The notes: generated from the sequence alone by a model not told the origin. A DNA stretch of 64,000 nucleotides from Candidatus Woesearchaeota archaeon (GCA_016784165.1 JADHVD010000004.1:11624-75623), one strand, 5' to 3'; shown: positions 36,461-46,931, numbered from the stretch's first letter. Program-made: numbers and translations.

Positions 36461-36520
36461 CTCAATTAAGAATAATAAAAAAGAATAAAACAGTAAAAGA
36501 AAAAAATAAAACAATCAATT

Positions 36521-37273
36521 TTAATCGTTTTCAACTCTTGGAGCAAGAATAAAAGATAATTGCACTTTATTCAAAGTAGTATAAGTCAATTTAAGTGGAT
36601 AATCTTTTCCAAATTGAATTAATACATCTCCTTTTTCTGATAATTTAGATCCACCAATCATCTTTTTTAAATATTCTATACTATATTTTGATTTAATTTT
36701 ATCATCAGATTCACATTTGATTTGAGTCTCATCACCTGCTTTAATCACAATATTAGCATTACTTAAATCTCCTTCAGAAGAAATAGTAAAAGTACTCTTA
36801 TCTGCAATAAAACTCACAGATTCTCCAACAACATCAACATCTTCTATAGCATCATTTAAAATATCTGCACCAGTTTCAACAGTTGAAGAAAAAGTTAAAT
36901 CAGGTATTTTTTGTTCTTTACCCTCTATATCAATTAAAGGTAGACTAAAAGTTCTAGTCGTATGCCCCCTTAATTCCATAAGCAATTTATTTTTTGAATC
37001 CAATTCTAAAGTTAAAGTGTCATTAGATTTGGTTCTACGCAAAATTTGTTTCATATTGCTTAAATTTACAGCAATTTCCATATCTTCTTTAACATCATAT
37101 TCTACAAAAGAACTAGATAGTAATTTGAATATAACCATAGCCACATTGGCAGGATCCATAGCAACTAATTCAATGGCATCTTTGGTTATTTTAAATCTCC
37201 CTTCATTAACTAGATCGGAAAGTATAGATATACTTTCTTTTAAGTATTTTGGTTCAGCTAAACTTAATCTCAT
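36521..37273 (-). CDS. pcn: DNA polymerase sliding clamp PCNA
   Basis: 250 aa. ...LVNEGRFKITKDAIELVAMDPANVAMVIFKL... C-terminal LSFILAPRVE. Confidence 0.9.
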   Translation of the reverse strand: MRLSLAEPKYLKESISILSDLVNEGRFKITKDAIELVAMDPANVAMVIFKLLSSSFVEYDVKEDMEIAVNLSNMKQILRRTKSNDTLTLELDSKNKLLMELRGHTTRTFSLPLIDIEGKEQKIPDLTFSSTVETGADILNDAIEDVDVVGESVSFIADKSTFTISSEGDLSNANIVIKAGDETQIKCESDDKIKSKYSIEYLKKMIGGSKLSEKGDVLIQFGKDYPLKLTYTTLNKVQLSFILAPRVEND

Positions 37274-37340
37274 TTTAATCCCCCAATTTTAATATTACTA
37301 CTCAATAATTAGTCTAACATATATATAAATCCTACGTTTT

Positions 37341-38678
37341 TTAACTACCTATTTTTATTTTTTGACCGTCCATCATCACATGCACACCCTTACCTAAATC
37401 ATAACCCATTTCAGATGCCAAATCAGATAAAGCAGAAGTCATTTTAAGTTCCCCATGGGCTGGAATTATGTGTTGGGGTTTAACTAAATTAATCAAATCC
37501 CTTAAATCTTCTCTTGCAGCATGTCCACTAACATGAATTTCTTTAAAGATTCTAACACCAAAACTACGCAATTTTTCTTCAAGAGCAGTTCTATTAGCAA
37601 TATTAGTGGGGGTGGGAATTGTAGTGCAAGAAAATATAATGTGGTCCTCTGATTTCAATTTATATCCAATATCTTGATCCACCATTTTAGATAAAGTAGC
37701 ATTTAATTCCCCTTGATGTCCCGTTACAACCAATAAATATTTATGAATATCCTTACTTATAGACTTTAATTTTTTCTTTATCTTTTTAGAATATTTAACT
37801 ATCTCAACATCCTTTGAAAATTTAATTAATCCCACATTTTCTCCAGCTTCAGTATACCTTCCCAAACTTCTACCCATAAAGATAATTTTCCTATTCAATT
37901 TTTTACCAAATTCAATTATACTTTTTAACCTAGCCAAATGAGATGAAAAAGTAGTAACAATAATTGCTCTTTTTCTAGAATCTGTGCCGAGTAAAACATC
38001 TTTCAACATTTCTCTAGCAACACTTTCAGAAGGGGTTTTTTTTGCAGAACTAGCATAAGTAGAATCAACAATTAAACTAATAACTCCCTTTTTCCCTAAT
38101 TGTTCCAATCTTTTAAAATCAGGTTTTTCACCTAACACAGGATATTTATCAAATTTAAAATCATTAGCATATATTACAATTCCATATTTGGTGTGGATAG
38201 CAATCATCACAGTTTGTGGTGTAGAGTGCGTAATATTAATAAATTCAATTTCAAGATTTTTAGAAATTCTTAATTTCATACCAGAACCAAGAACTTTTAA
38301 TTGATTTTTCAGATTAATTTTTTCATTTTTTAGAATGAGTTTTAAAACTTCCATTGTAAAAGGAGTTCCAATAACAGGGGCATTAAAATTACCCGCTAAA
38401 AAAGGAATTGCACCAATATGATCTAAATGGGCATGAGTTGGAACAATTGCCTTAACCTTTCCCCACCAATCTTTTATCTTATTAATGTTTGGAACAGCAC
38501 CAACTTTGATTAAATCTACCCCAGTAAGATTAACAATATCTTCATCCTCAGTATATCTGATATACTTTTCAAGATAAAGTCCCATATCTAATATAACCAC
38601 TTCATCATCCACTTTTACAGCAGTCATATTTTTTCCAACTTCATTATAACCACCAACAGTACAAATTTCTATTCCCAT
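37341..38678 (-). CDS. rnj: Archaeal RNase J (metallo-beta-lactamase / beta-CASP)
   Basis: 445 aa. VGGYNEVGKNMTAV...ILDMG, HAHLDHIGA and C-terminal HVSGHAARED. Confidence 0.8.
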   Translation of the reverse strand: MGIEICTVGGYNEVGKNMTAVKVDDEVVILDMGLYLEKYIRYTEDEDIVNLTGVDLIKVGAVPNINKIKDWWGKVKAIVPTHAHLDHIGAIPFLAGNFNAPVIGTPFTMEVLKLILKNEKINLKNQLKVLGSGMKLRISKNLEIEFINITHSTPQTVMIAIHTKYGIVIYANDFKFDKYPVLGEKPDFKRLEQLGKKGVISLIVDSTYASSAKKTPSESVAREMLKDVLLGTDSRKRAIIVTTFSSHLARLKSIIEFGKKLNRKIIFMGRSLGRYTEAGENVGLIKFSKDVEIVKYSKKIKKKLKSISKDIHKYLLVVTGHQGELNATLSKMVDQDIGYKLKSEDHIIFSCTTIPTPTNIANRTALEEKLRSFGVRIFKEIHVSGHAAREDLRDLINLVKPQHIIPAHGELKMTSALSDLASEMGYDLGKGVHVMMDGQKIKIGS

Positions 38679-38700
38679 TTTATTAATTTATAATCATATA

Positions 38701-38834
38701 TGAGGGGGGAGGGATTTGAACCCTCGAACCCACTAAGGGACTGGATTCCTCATAGCGGGCAACAATCATCGGCTATTGCCTCACAACTCAATAACTTGAG
38801 TCCAGCTCGTTTGACCAGACTTCGGTACCCCCTC
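38701..38834 (-). tRNA. tRNA-Leu(CAA) with a 48-nt intron at the canonical 37/38 position
   Basis: Hand fold: acceptor GAGGGGG/CCCCCTC, anticodon arm CTGGA-CTCAAG^...^A-TCCAG, long variable arm, T-arm GAGGG-TTCAAAT-CCCTC. Intron TTGAG pairs with CTCAA. Confidence 0.85.
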
Positions 38835-38885
38835 CTAAATCACCAATAAAACAAAAGAATTCTGACCCATATAAAAAACTTACCC

Positions 38886-39212
38886 TCAAATATCTAATTT
38901 AGCCATTTTAGCTTCAATTTCACTTAATTCTTCACTTAAATTTCCTATATCATATTCTCCTGTTTTTTTCTTAACTCTTTTAAGGGGTTTCTTTTTTTCT
39001 TCGTCTTCTGGCAATATGGAGCGAAGTTTAGCACTTAACCGATGTATTTCAGCAACATCTTCTTTTAATTTTGAAATATATACAGATTTTCTTTTTCTTA
39101 AAGAATCATAAACTTCATAATTTTGTAAAGATGTTAAAATTCCTCTAGAACAATCAAGTAAAGCTTTTCTTAGCCCCATTGGGTCTTTAATACCCATATA
39201 GAATTTACCCAT
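38886..39212 (-). CDS. Small coiled-coil protein, unknown function
   Basis: SD aggag. Helical and K/E-rich. Last gene of a three-gene minus-strand unit. Confidence 0.5.
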   Translation of the reverse strand: MGKFYMGIKDPMGLRKALLDCSRGILTSLQNYEVYDSLRKRKSVYISKLKEDVAEIHRLSAKLRSILPEDEEKKKPLKRVKKKTGEYDIGNLSEELSEIEAKMAKLDI

Positions 39213-39220
39213 TTTAACTC

Positions 39221-39454
39221 CTAAACTTTTGGTTCAAATAATCCATCATCAATAAAATTAACTTTTTTCTCTAAATCTTTTAAAATATCATCCCATTCTT
39301 CTATCTTTAAATCTTCTTCTCCTTTTAATTCATAGATTTTTTCCAAATTAGCTTTAGATTCAACCACTTTTTTCTTTATACTTCTCATTAATTCTAATAC
39401 TTCTTTATAATTTTCAACTTTTATGAACAATGGTGCATTTTTTTCTTCACTCAT
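39221..39454 (-). CDS. Small coiled-coil protein; paralog of the C-terminal domain of 39462-40364
   Basis: ATG at 39454 follows gggtga. PLFIKVENYKEVLELMRSIKK...LKDLEKKVNFIDDGLFE parallels PIFVEVNDYRKIMEEIDSIKK...LEKIQRNLVFMDKVLFE. Confidence 0.5.
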   Translation of the reverse strand: MSEEKNAPLFIKVENYKEVLELMRSIKKKVVESKANLEKIYELKGEEDLKIEEWDDILKDLEKKVNFIDDGLFEPKV

Positions 39455-39461
39455 TTTATAA

Positions 39462-40364
39462 TCACCCGCTTTCCTCAAACAAAACTTTATCCATGAAAAC
39501 TAAATTTCTTTGTATCTTTTCTAATTCTTTATTCCATACCTTTAATTTACTTTCTGTTTTATTTTTCAAATCGTCTAATGACCCTATAATATCTTTTGAT
39601 TTTTTAGAATCTTTTTTGATGGAATCTATTTCTTCCATTATTTTTCTATAATCATTAACTTCGACAAAAATTGGTTTTTTTAGTAATCTATGGGGGAATC
39701 CAACGTCTTCTTCAACATCTTCCCTTATTTCACCCATCTTAGAAAAATAAGCAGGAGGGGTGGGTATTTCATTAACATTTTCAACAAATTCAGATTCGGG
39801 AAATTCAGGGAGTTCATCATCTGCAAGAATTTCATCACGAGGAACAAAATTTGTTTTTTCTTCTTTAGAAAAAGGAGTTATTACCTTTTCTTTAATTGGA
39901 GCATCAAATTCTTTATGATCTCCATTATCTAATGGAGTCATGAATGGTGCATCCCCTTCAGGAGCAATTATTGGATTCCCTTCACCCATTGGAGTTACTG
40001 GTGGTGAATTAATCTTAGGTGTTTGGGGCATAGGTGGAATGGGATTTTCCATTGGAGAAAAATTAAGGATATTAGTCTCAGGTACCTGAATATTTGTTTG
40101 CTCAGGCATTGGCGGAATTTCTGGAGCTTTTATTGGTGGTATTTCGGGAAGTTGGGTGCTTGGTTGAATTGGGGTGGATAACGTTTCATTAGGGGCAGAA
40201 ATAGGTGGATTTAGGGGTGGAACTTCAGGAATACTAGTTCCAGGTGCTTTAGGAACTTCAGGAATGTTTGGTTTTACCAAAGGTTCTAATTTAGGTTGAG
40301 GTGGTAAAATCCCAGCACTAGATTTATTTTTTTTTTGTTTTCTTTTAAATAAGTTAAATGCCAT
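39462..40364 (-). CDS. Pro-rich protein with a conserved coiled-coil C-terminal domain
   Basis: N-terminal roughly 200 aa is P-rich (PEVPKAPGTSIPEVPPLNPP...). The C-terminal domain is shared with the neighbouring 77-aa ORF. Confidence 0.5.
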   Translation of the reverse strand: MAFNLFKRKQKKNKSSAGILPPQPKLEPLVKPNIPEVPKAPGTSIPEVPPLNPPISAPNETLSTPIQPSTQLPEIPPIKAPEIPPMPEQTNIQVPETNILNFSPMENPIPPMPQTPKINSPPVTPMGEGNPIIAPEGDAPFMTPLDNGDHKEFDAPIKEKVITPFSKEEKTNFVPRDEILADDELPEFPESEFVENVNEIPTPPAYFSKMGEIREDVEEDVGFPHRLLKKPIFVEVNDYRKIMEEIDSIKKDSKKSKDIIGSLDDLKNKTESKLKVWNKELEKIQRNLVFMDKVLFEESG

Positions 40365-40492
40365 TACAATTATCTCCCAGATTAATTAAATCAACATAAA
40401 TGTATAGCTTATTAAAACTTTTTGAACCACGCAAGAATAGTAACAAATTTTTTTAGAAAGTTTTTAATAAACCCAATCCACCAATTCAATAG

Positions 40493-41494
40493 ATGAAAGA
40501 GGCACTTTATTATAAAAAATTAAAAAATAGGATTGTTCTGTGTCAACTTTGCCCAAAATTCTGCACATTAAAACCAACCCAAATTGGAGATTGCAAAGCA
40601 AGAAAAAACATAAATGGAAAATTAAAAAGTTTAGTTTATGGTAACCCTATTTCTATTGCAATAGATCCAATTGAAAAAAAACCATTGTTTCATTTTCTTC
40701 CCGGAACAAGAGCGTTATCTATTGGGACTACTGGCTGTAATCTTCATTGTAAATTCTGTCAGAATTGGGGCACCTCTCAATCAAACATAGAAGATTGTGG
40801 TTCAAAAACAATTAGTCCAAAAGAGGTAATTAAAGAATCAATAAAAAATAATTGTAAAATAATTGCTTACACCTATAATGAGCCAACAATATTTTACGAG
40901 TATGTATTAGAGATAGCAAAATTAGCTAAAAAAGCAGGAATAAAAAACATAATAGTTTCAAATGGGTATATTAATCAAGAACCACTCAAAGAATGGTGCA
41001 AATATTTAGATGCAGCTAATATAGACTTAAAATCATTTACAGAAAAATTCTATAAAGAATTAACAACAGCAAAACTCAAACCAGTTTTAGAAACAATAAA
41101 AACATTATATCAACAAGGAGTTTGGCTAGAAATTACAAACTTATTGATTCCAAAATATAATGATAAACAGAAAGAAATAGGGGAGATGTGCAAATGGATT
41201 TCTAAAAACACAACCAAAAACACACCAATTCATTTCTCTCGATTCTTTCCTTACTACAAGCTATTAAATATGCCTCCAACACCACTAAAAACACTGGTAA
41301 AAGCACAAAAAATTGCACAAAAATATCTTAATCATGTTTATATCGGAAATGTCCAAACAATTAAAGGGGAGAATACTTATTGCCAAAATTGTAACAAATT
41401 ATTAATTGAAAGGAAAGGTTACTCAATTATTCAAAATAATATAAGGGAAGGTAAGTGCAATTGTAATAAAATTATAAAAGGCGTTTGGAAATAA
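40493..41494 (+). CDS. Radical SAM enzyme, AmmeMemoRadiSam / PflA-like activase family
   Basis: N-terminal Cys cluster CQLCPKFC...GDC. Radical-SAM motif GCNLHCKFCQNW. IAYTYNEPTIFYEY. Confidence 0.75.
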   Translation: MKEALYYKKLKNRIVLCQLCPKFCTLKPTQIGDCKARKNINGKLKSLVYGNPISIAIDPIEKKPLFHFLPGTRALSIGTTGCNLHCKFCQNWGTSQSNIEDCGSKTISPKEVIKESIKNNCKIIAYTYNEPTIFYEYVLEIAKLAKKAGIKNIIVSNGYINQEPLKEWCKYLDAANIDLKSFTEKFYKELTTAKLKPVLETIKTLYQQGVWLEITNLLIPKYNDKQKEIGEMCKWISKNTTKNTPIHFSRFFPYYKLLNMPPTPLKTLVKAQKIAQKYLNHVYIGNVQTIKGENTYCQNCNKLLIERKGYSIIQNNIREGKCNCNKIIKGVWK

Positions 41495-41543
41495 AAATAT
41501 TTATATACATGTACAAACATATAAACATATAAGTATCAAAGAG

Positions 41544-42848
41544 GTGGATAATTTGTGTTTCAAAAGATTAATTAAATTTTACAATCTTAATAAATTAAAA
41601 AATACTTCTTTTAGTAAAGAACTCTTAGCAGGTCTAACTACATTTATCTCATTGTCTTACTTATTCTTCTTGATCCCCAAAATTCTAAAAGAGGTGGGAA
41701 TGCCACAAGAAGCAGTGTTTACCTCCATAATTCTTGCATCTATTTTTGCAACGCTTTTGATGTCCTTATTTGCAAAAAAACCATTTGTACTCGCACCCAG
41801 TTTTGCATTAACCAGTTATTTTGTGTATTCAGTAGTTATTGGGAAGGGGGTTTATTGGCAAACAGCATTAGGGGCATTATTTATTGCAGGAATAATCTAT
41901 CTGATAATCTCAACATCAAAACTAAGGGAGATACTTATAGAATCTATACCCCTCATACTGAAAAAAGCAATAGGTGCAGGAATAGGGCTATTTTTAGTTT
42001 TAATTGGATTAAAACTCTCTGGAATAATAGTATCCAATCACAAGTTTTTTTTATTGATAGGTAATTTTTTAACAACAAAAGCAATGCTCACTTTAGTTGG
42101 CATATTTTTATTAATAATCTTTTTATCTAAAGGAATAAAGGGCGCATTTTTATGGACAACACTCATAGTATCAACACTTTCTTTATTGATAGGGAATACA
42201 ACTCTCCCAACAAGATTCGTAACTCACCCACAATTAATAACTCCAATATCTTTAAAATTAGATATTCTTGGAGCATTTAATTCTCCAGAATTAGTATTTT
42301 CTTTTTTAATTATTTTATTTTTTACAACAACCACAATTATATTAAGCACATCTAAAAAAACAGGGCTCAGTAAAAACTACAACGTCAAAGGAATTAAAGA
42401 AACATTAATTTCAGATTCACTTGCAGGGATTTTAGGAACTTTATTTGGTGCACCATTTATTTCAACAAGGGCAGAAAATATATCAGGATTAAAAGAAGGC
42501 GGAAAAACAGGATTAACCTCTTTAGTCGTATCAATTTTATTAATATTACTTTTATTTTTCTCACCCATAATCACTCTAATTCCAACAGCATTAGTTTCAG
42601 CAATACTCATCGTAACTGGATTAAGTATGATCTCTTTAATTGGCAAATTAAAGAAAAAGGATATTTCAAATAATTTTCCAGCGTTCGCAACAATGATATT
42701 AATTCCTTTAACATTTTCAATTCCAAAAGGGATAGCATTAGGATTTACAATTTATGCACTATTCAAATTATTTTCAGGAAAAATCAAAGAAATGAGCACA
42801 GCTACAAAAATATTAACAATTATATTTTTAATTTATCTAGCACTATAA
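41544..42848 (+). CDS. NCS2/AzgA-family purine (adenine/guanine/hypoxanthine) permease
   Basis: FSKELLAGLTTFISLSYLFFLIPKIL and a polytopic topology. Non-ATG start (GTG at 41544 or TTG at 41553 after gaggtg). Confidence 0.75.
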   Translation: MDNLCFKRLIKFYNLNKLKNTSFSKELLAGLTTFISLSYLFFLIPKILKEVGMPQEAVFTSIILASIFATLLMSLFAKKPFVLAPSFALTSYFVYSVVIGKGVYWQTALGALFIAGIIYLIISTSKLREILIESIPLILKKAIGAGIGLFLVLIGLKLSGIIVSNHKFFLLIGNFLTTKAMLTLVGIFLLIIFLSKGIKGAFLWTTLIVSTLSLLIGNTTLPTRFVTHPQLITPISLKLDILGAFNSPELVFSFLIILFFTTTTIILSTSKKTGLSKNYNVKGIKETLISDSLAGILGTLFGAPFISTRAENISGLKEGGKTGLTSLVVSILLILLLFFSPIITLIPTALVSAILIVTGLSMISLIGKLKKKDISNNFPAFATMILIPLTFSIPKGIALGFTIYALFKLFSGKIKEMSTATKILTIIFLIYLAL

Positions 42849-42850
42849 AA

Positions 42851-44572
42851 ATGAAACACACACATAAAAAACAAACAGGAATTTTAATCGCTTTAATAAT
42901 AATTCTATGGTCTTTTAGTGGATGTACTCAAGATACTTTAACTGGATTTACGATTGTATCGGAACAAACCAATCAGCAAGAAGGAGAAGAAATAAAAGAA
43001 ACAACAGTCAAAGAGGATACTTCAACAAAAGAAGCACCCTTACAGAAAGACTCAATAGATGAAAAAGCAGCAAAAGAAGCAGAAACACAAAAAGCAGTAG
43101 CAGAAATACAAAGATCTCAATTAGAAGAAGCTAAAGGGGATTTAGAAGAACAACTAAAAGAAACTGAAGAAAAGATAGAAGAGTTAGGACAAGAAATTGC
43201 AGAACAAGAAAAAAAAGCAATAGAAAAAAGATATGGCAAAAAAAGCTCCAAATCAAAAAAGGAAAAAGCAGATGTACTTAAAAAGCAACTCGAAGAAATG
43301 AAAGAAAAAGAAGCAGAAGAAACAGAAAAAAGGGCAAAAGAGATAATAGGGCAAATACAAAAAGAGCAAGAAGTAAAAAAGGAATTGGAAGAACTGGGAG
43401 AAGAAGTATCAGTAAAACCAACAATCCAAATAGATTATAAAGTTGCAGCAAAAACATTGGAGCAAGCTAAACAGCTTATAGCATCAAAAGAAGATACTGA
43501 AAAAGCACTTAAGGACCTAAAAAATATATATGAACATGCATCTGATATTGGTCTGCGAGTTGAAGCAGGAAGTAGTATCATCAAAGAAGAATTATTGGAA
43601 TTAGGAAAAGGGACAATCACTACACACACCAAAGCAAATGAATTAAGAAAGAAAGCAAATGAAATCGTCCAAAAAGCAGAATCTTTAGGTTCTAAGGTTC
43701 AAGTAGAAGCACTTGAAACAAAAGGGGAAGTAGCAAAAAGATTAAGATTACCAAAAGAACTAATTCAATCTACAGAAAAAATTCTAAAATTAAAACCCAC
43801 AGATATAAATGCATATACAGATAGCATAACTGCATCACATTCATTAAAAATAGAGCCATCTAAAATTCTTAAAGAAATCGCAAAATTAAAAGAAATCGCA
43901 AAATTAAAAGACGAATTACCTTCTGTAGAAATAGATTTAATAGAAACCGTCAGCCTAGTGGAAACAGGAAGCGTAATTAACTTAAAGAAAGCAAAAGAAT
44001 CTTCGGCAACAGCAATAAAAAAATTAAAAAACAACCCACCAAATCCTCAAAACATCCTTGAAACAATAGAACCCCTACTAAGGTCAAAAACTACAGCAAA
44101 AGTAAAAGTAAAAGAAACACGAGGAAAATTGCAGATATTAGATCCTGTAACTGGACTGACTATGATGGATGAAGAGTTAGTATCAAATATAATTAATAAG
44201 ATGGGTATACCAGAAAAATTGGCAATATATTCGATAAATCCCAACGAATACATAAATGCAGTAACATATAACACAAACAACCACATTCTGGAAGGTGCAA
44301 TATATTACATTTCTGATGGAGATGTTTATAGGTACAATGCTTTTGGAAGCGACAAAAAGCTAGATAAAACAGAATCCACCACAATAAAAAACGAAATTTT
44401 CAACACCAGAGTAAAAAATGGGATGGAGATTCCATTAAAAAACGAATTTTTACCTCAAACAACTGAATTAACAAGGACGCCAATCCAAAGAATAGGGGAT
44501 ACATTCAACACATTTATTTTTAATCAAGCAAATCCTGAAGAGATATATCAAGCAAATCTTGGAGAGATATAA
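42851..44572 (+). CDS. Secreted/lipobox-like coiled-coil protein, unknown function
   Basis: LIIILWSFSGCTQD, followed by a long E/K-rich coiled-coil. Internal duplication LKEIAKLKEIAKLK. Confidence 0.55.
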   Translation: MKHTHKKQTGILIALIIILWSFSGCTQDTLTGFTIVSEQTNQQEGEEIKETTVKEDTSTKEAPLQKDSIDEKAAKEAETQKAVAEIQRSQLEEAKGDLEEQLKETEEKIEELGQEIAEQEKKAIEKRYGKKSSKSKKEKADVLKKQLEEMKEKEAEETEKRAKEIIGQIQKEQEVKKELEELGEEVSVKPTIQIDYKVAAKTLEQAKQLIASKEDTEKALKDLKNIYEHASDIGLRVEAGSSIIKEELLELGKGTITTHTKANELRKKANEIVQKAESLGSKVQVEALETKGEVAKRLRLPKELIQSTEKILKLKPTDINAYTDSITASHSLKIEPSKILKEIAKLKEIAKLKDELPSVEIDLIETVSLVETGSVINLKKAKESSATAIKKLKNNPPNPQNILETIEPLLRSKTTAKVKVKETRGKLQILDPVTGLTMMDEELVSNIINKMGIPEKLAIYSINPNEYINAVTYNTNNHILEGAIYYISDGDVYRYNAFGSDKKLDKTESTTIKNEIFNTRVKNGMEIPLKNEFLPQTTELTRTPIQRIGDTFNTFIFNQANPEEIYQANLGEI

Positions 44573-44723
44573 AAACACAATTCAAAAAAATCAAATTTTT
44601 TCTTTTTATAACTTAAATTATTGAAACTTTTTCAAATAACACCTTATTTCTTTCAAAAATACACCCACCATTTCCGGTTCTCCTTAACCAAATCTTATTA
44701 ATTTGATTTTTATGTAATATATC

Positions 44724-46778
44724 ATGAAAAAATACTTATTATTTTTATTAACAATAATATTCATCACAATAGTTTCAGCAGACCAACCAGAAATAGATTT
44801 AGCAATAATAAATCTAGAATCGTCAAATAATAGTAATAATTTTACATTCACATCAACAATACTCAATCTAGGGAACCAAACAACAACAAATACAACTCTT
44901 TTTTTCATAATAGATAATCAAACACATTCAAACCACACAATTCCAGAATTAATACAGGATCAAACAATAAATATCCTCTCTTTTTGGATAAATGCTACTA
45001 ACGGAACACATACAATCAAAGCCATAATAAATAAATCAGATTACAACATTTCAAACAACAATAGAACAATAATAATAAACATCACTATTCCCCCAACAAA
45101 CCAATCAAATCAATCAAATCAATCAGGGGACACTCCACAGACACCAAATAAAGATATCTGGATAGAAGTTAATTTAGATGAACCAGTTTATCTTAATGTA
45201 GAATACGACAGATTATTTAAAATTACAAACCTAGACCACATATCTGGACAAACAGATCAGATAAACATCACCACACATTATAATTTAACTAAAGACAACA
45301 ATATAATAAAACAAGCACAATTCAACTCTACAATAAATTCTTACACCACATCAAATACTGGAACAATCATTTTCAATTCTTCAGGAAATCACACCCTTTG
45401 TGGAAAAATAATTAATAGCTCAAACCAAGATAATAATTCAGAAAACAACATAGATTGTAAAACAATTTTGGCAATAGATACAACTAATAACCCCTGTAAT
45501 ATTTCCATCAATCTTTCTGTGGAAAAAACAATTTACAATAACCAAGAACAAATTGTCTACCATAATACTCTAACTAATGATTCAATTCCATTTACTATCG
45601 AATATTGGATTGAAGATTTATTTGGAACCATAGTTAAATCAAAAACAAACACGACAAACCTCAACCAAAAGACATACACACCCAATATAGATGGAACTGA
45701 AAAAGTATTGTTAATAAAAAATAGGCTTTTAAGTTTAGCATGTAATAATTTTGGAAACACAGAATCAGAAAAATTAATTGCTGTAATAAATAATATAACT
45801 TTAGATGAAGAATCCTATATAAATATACAAGATATTTCCCCTTCTTCTATAAATTTTGGAGAGACAATTCGTGCAGAGATCGAAGTGTATAAAGGAAACA
45901 CATTAAAAAAAGTTCTAGAGGCTTGGGTTGAAGGTGCAGATGGAACTAAGATAACCAGTGCAAATTCTAAGATAACCTTGAATGAAAAATACACCCAGTA
46001 TTCTTTCACAATGCCGTTACAACTCAAGCCTAATTGTGATGAAGATTTTAATGATGGGAGTTATATTTTGCATATAGAAGGTCTTTCTATCTCGGATCAA
46101 AAAGTTATTTCAGTATCTGGAAAAACAGATAACCTATGTGAAATTGAATATATTGAAAATTCCAATAATGATTGTTCTTGCCCAACACAAACATGCCAAC
46201 AAACAAAAACCACCCAAACACTATCAGAAGGCGGTTTTTATTACTCTTTAAATTTTTTTCAAACAGAAATACAAAATAACAAATCATTCACAACAACAAT
46301 CAATTTAACAAATAATGACAACCAACCACACAACATTTCAATATGGAGTTATATATATCGCCATACAACTTCTTATTCTGGAGAACGAACAGGAAATCTA
46401 AAAACATTAACCCTTCCACCCAACATTTCAATACTTTTAAACTTAACAAACACAATTACAAATACAGAACCAGGGGATTATAAATTAAAAGTAAAAATAA
46501 ATAAAGACAACCAAGCAACAAATAAAGAGATTACTAAAGAAATTTTAGTAACCCCAACACAATCTACAGAAATAAATCAACTAAATAACAACAATATCAC
46601 ACAAACAAATAATCTGAGTTATCAAAACACTGCACACATTTTACCAACAGGGATGACTACAATAAACAGCACAAAAGTAGTTTTTCAATCCCCAATAACC
46701 AAATTAAAAAAGTATTTCGTTTATCTTATATCTTTTCTTTTCATTTTTGGAATAGTACTTTTTTTTAGGATAAAATGA
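44724..46778 (+). CDS. Sequon-rich surface protein (CARDB-like N-terminal domain) with a C-terminal TM anchor
   Basis: Signal peptide MKKYLLFLLTIIFITIVSA. DLAIINLE...FTFTSTILNLGNQ pattern. Very many N-x-S/T sequons. C-terminal YFVYLISFLFIFGIVLFFRIK. Confidence 0.6.
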   Translation: MKKYLLFLLTIIFITIVSADQPEIDLAIINLESSNNSNNFTFTSTILNLGNQTTTNTTLFFIIDNQTHSNHTIPELIQDQTINILSFWINATNGTHTIKAIINKSDYNISNNNRTIIINITIPPTNQSNQSNQSGDTPQTPNKDIWIEVNLDEPVYLNVEYDRLFKITNLDHISGQTDQINITTHYNLTKDNNIIKQAQFNSTINSYTTSNTGTIIFNSSGNHTLCGKIINSSNQDNNSENNIDCKTILAIDTTNNPCNISINLSVEKTIYNNQEQIVYHNTLTNDSIPFTIEYWIEDLFGTIVKSKTNTTNLNQKTYTPNIDGTEKVLLIKNRLLSLACNNFGNTESEKLIAVINNITLDEESYINIQDISPSSINFGETIRAEIEVYKGNTLKKVLEAWVEGADGTKITSANSKITLNEKYTQYSFTMPLQLKPNCDEDFNDGSYILHIEGLSISDQKVISVSGKTDNLCEIEYIENSNNDCSCPTQTCQQTKTTQTLSEGGFYYSLNFFQTEIQNNKSFTTTINLTNNDNQPHNISIWSYIYRHTTSYSGERTGNLKTLTLPPNISILLNLTNTITNTEPGDYKLKVKINKDNQATNKEITKEILVTPTQSTEINQLNNNNITQTNNLSYQNTAHILPTGMTTINSTKVVFQSPITKLKKYFVYLISFLFIFGIVLFFRIK

Positions 46779-46931
46779 ACTTTTTAATTTAATAAGAATA
46801 TTTTATAAAATATTGAAATACCCCTAATTCACGAAATCTTTTCAGTGGAACATGACAACATTGCAGATATGATATTCAATAAACAAAAAAGATTCATTAA
46901 TTCTAAATACTTTAGAAATAAAGTTAAGAAA

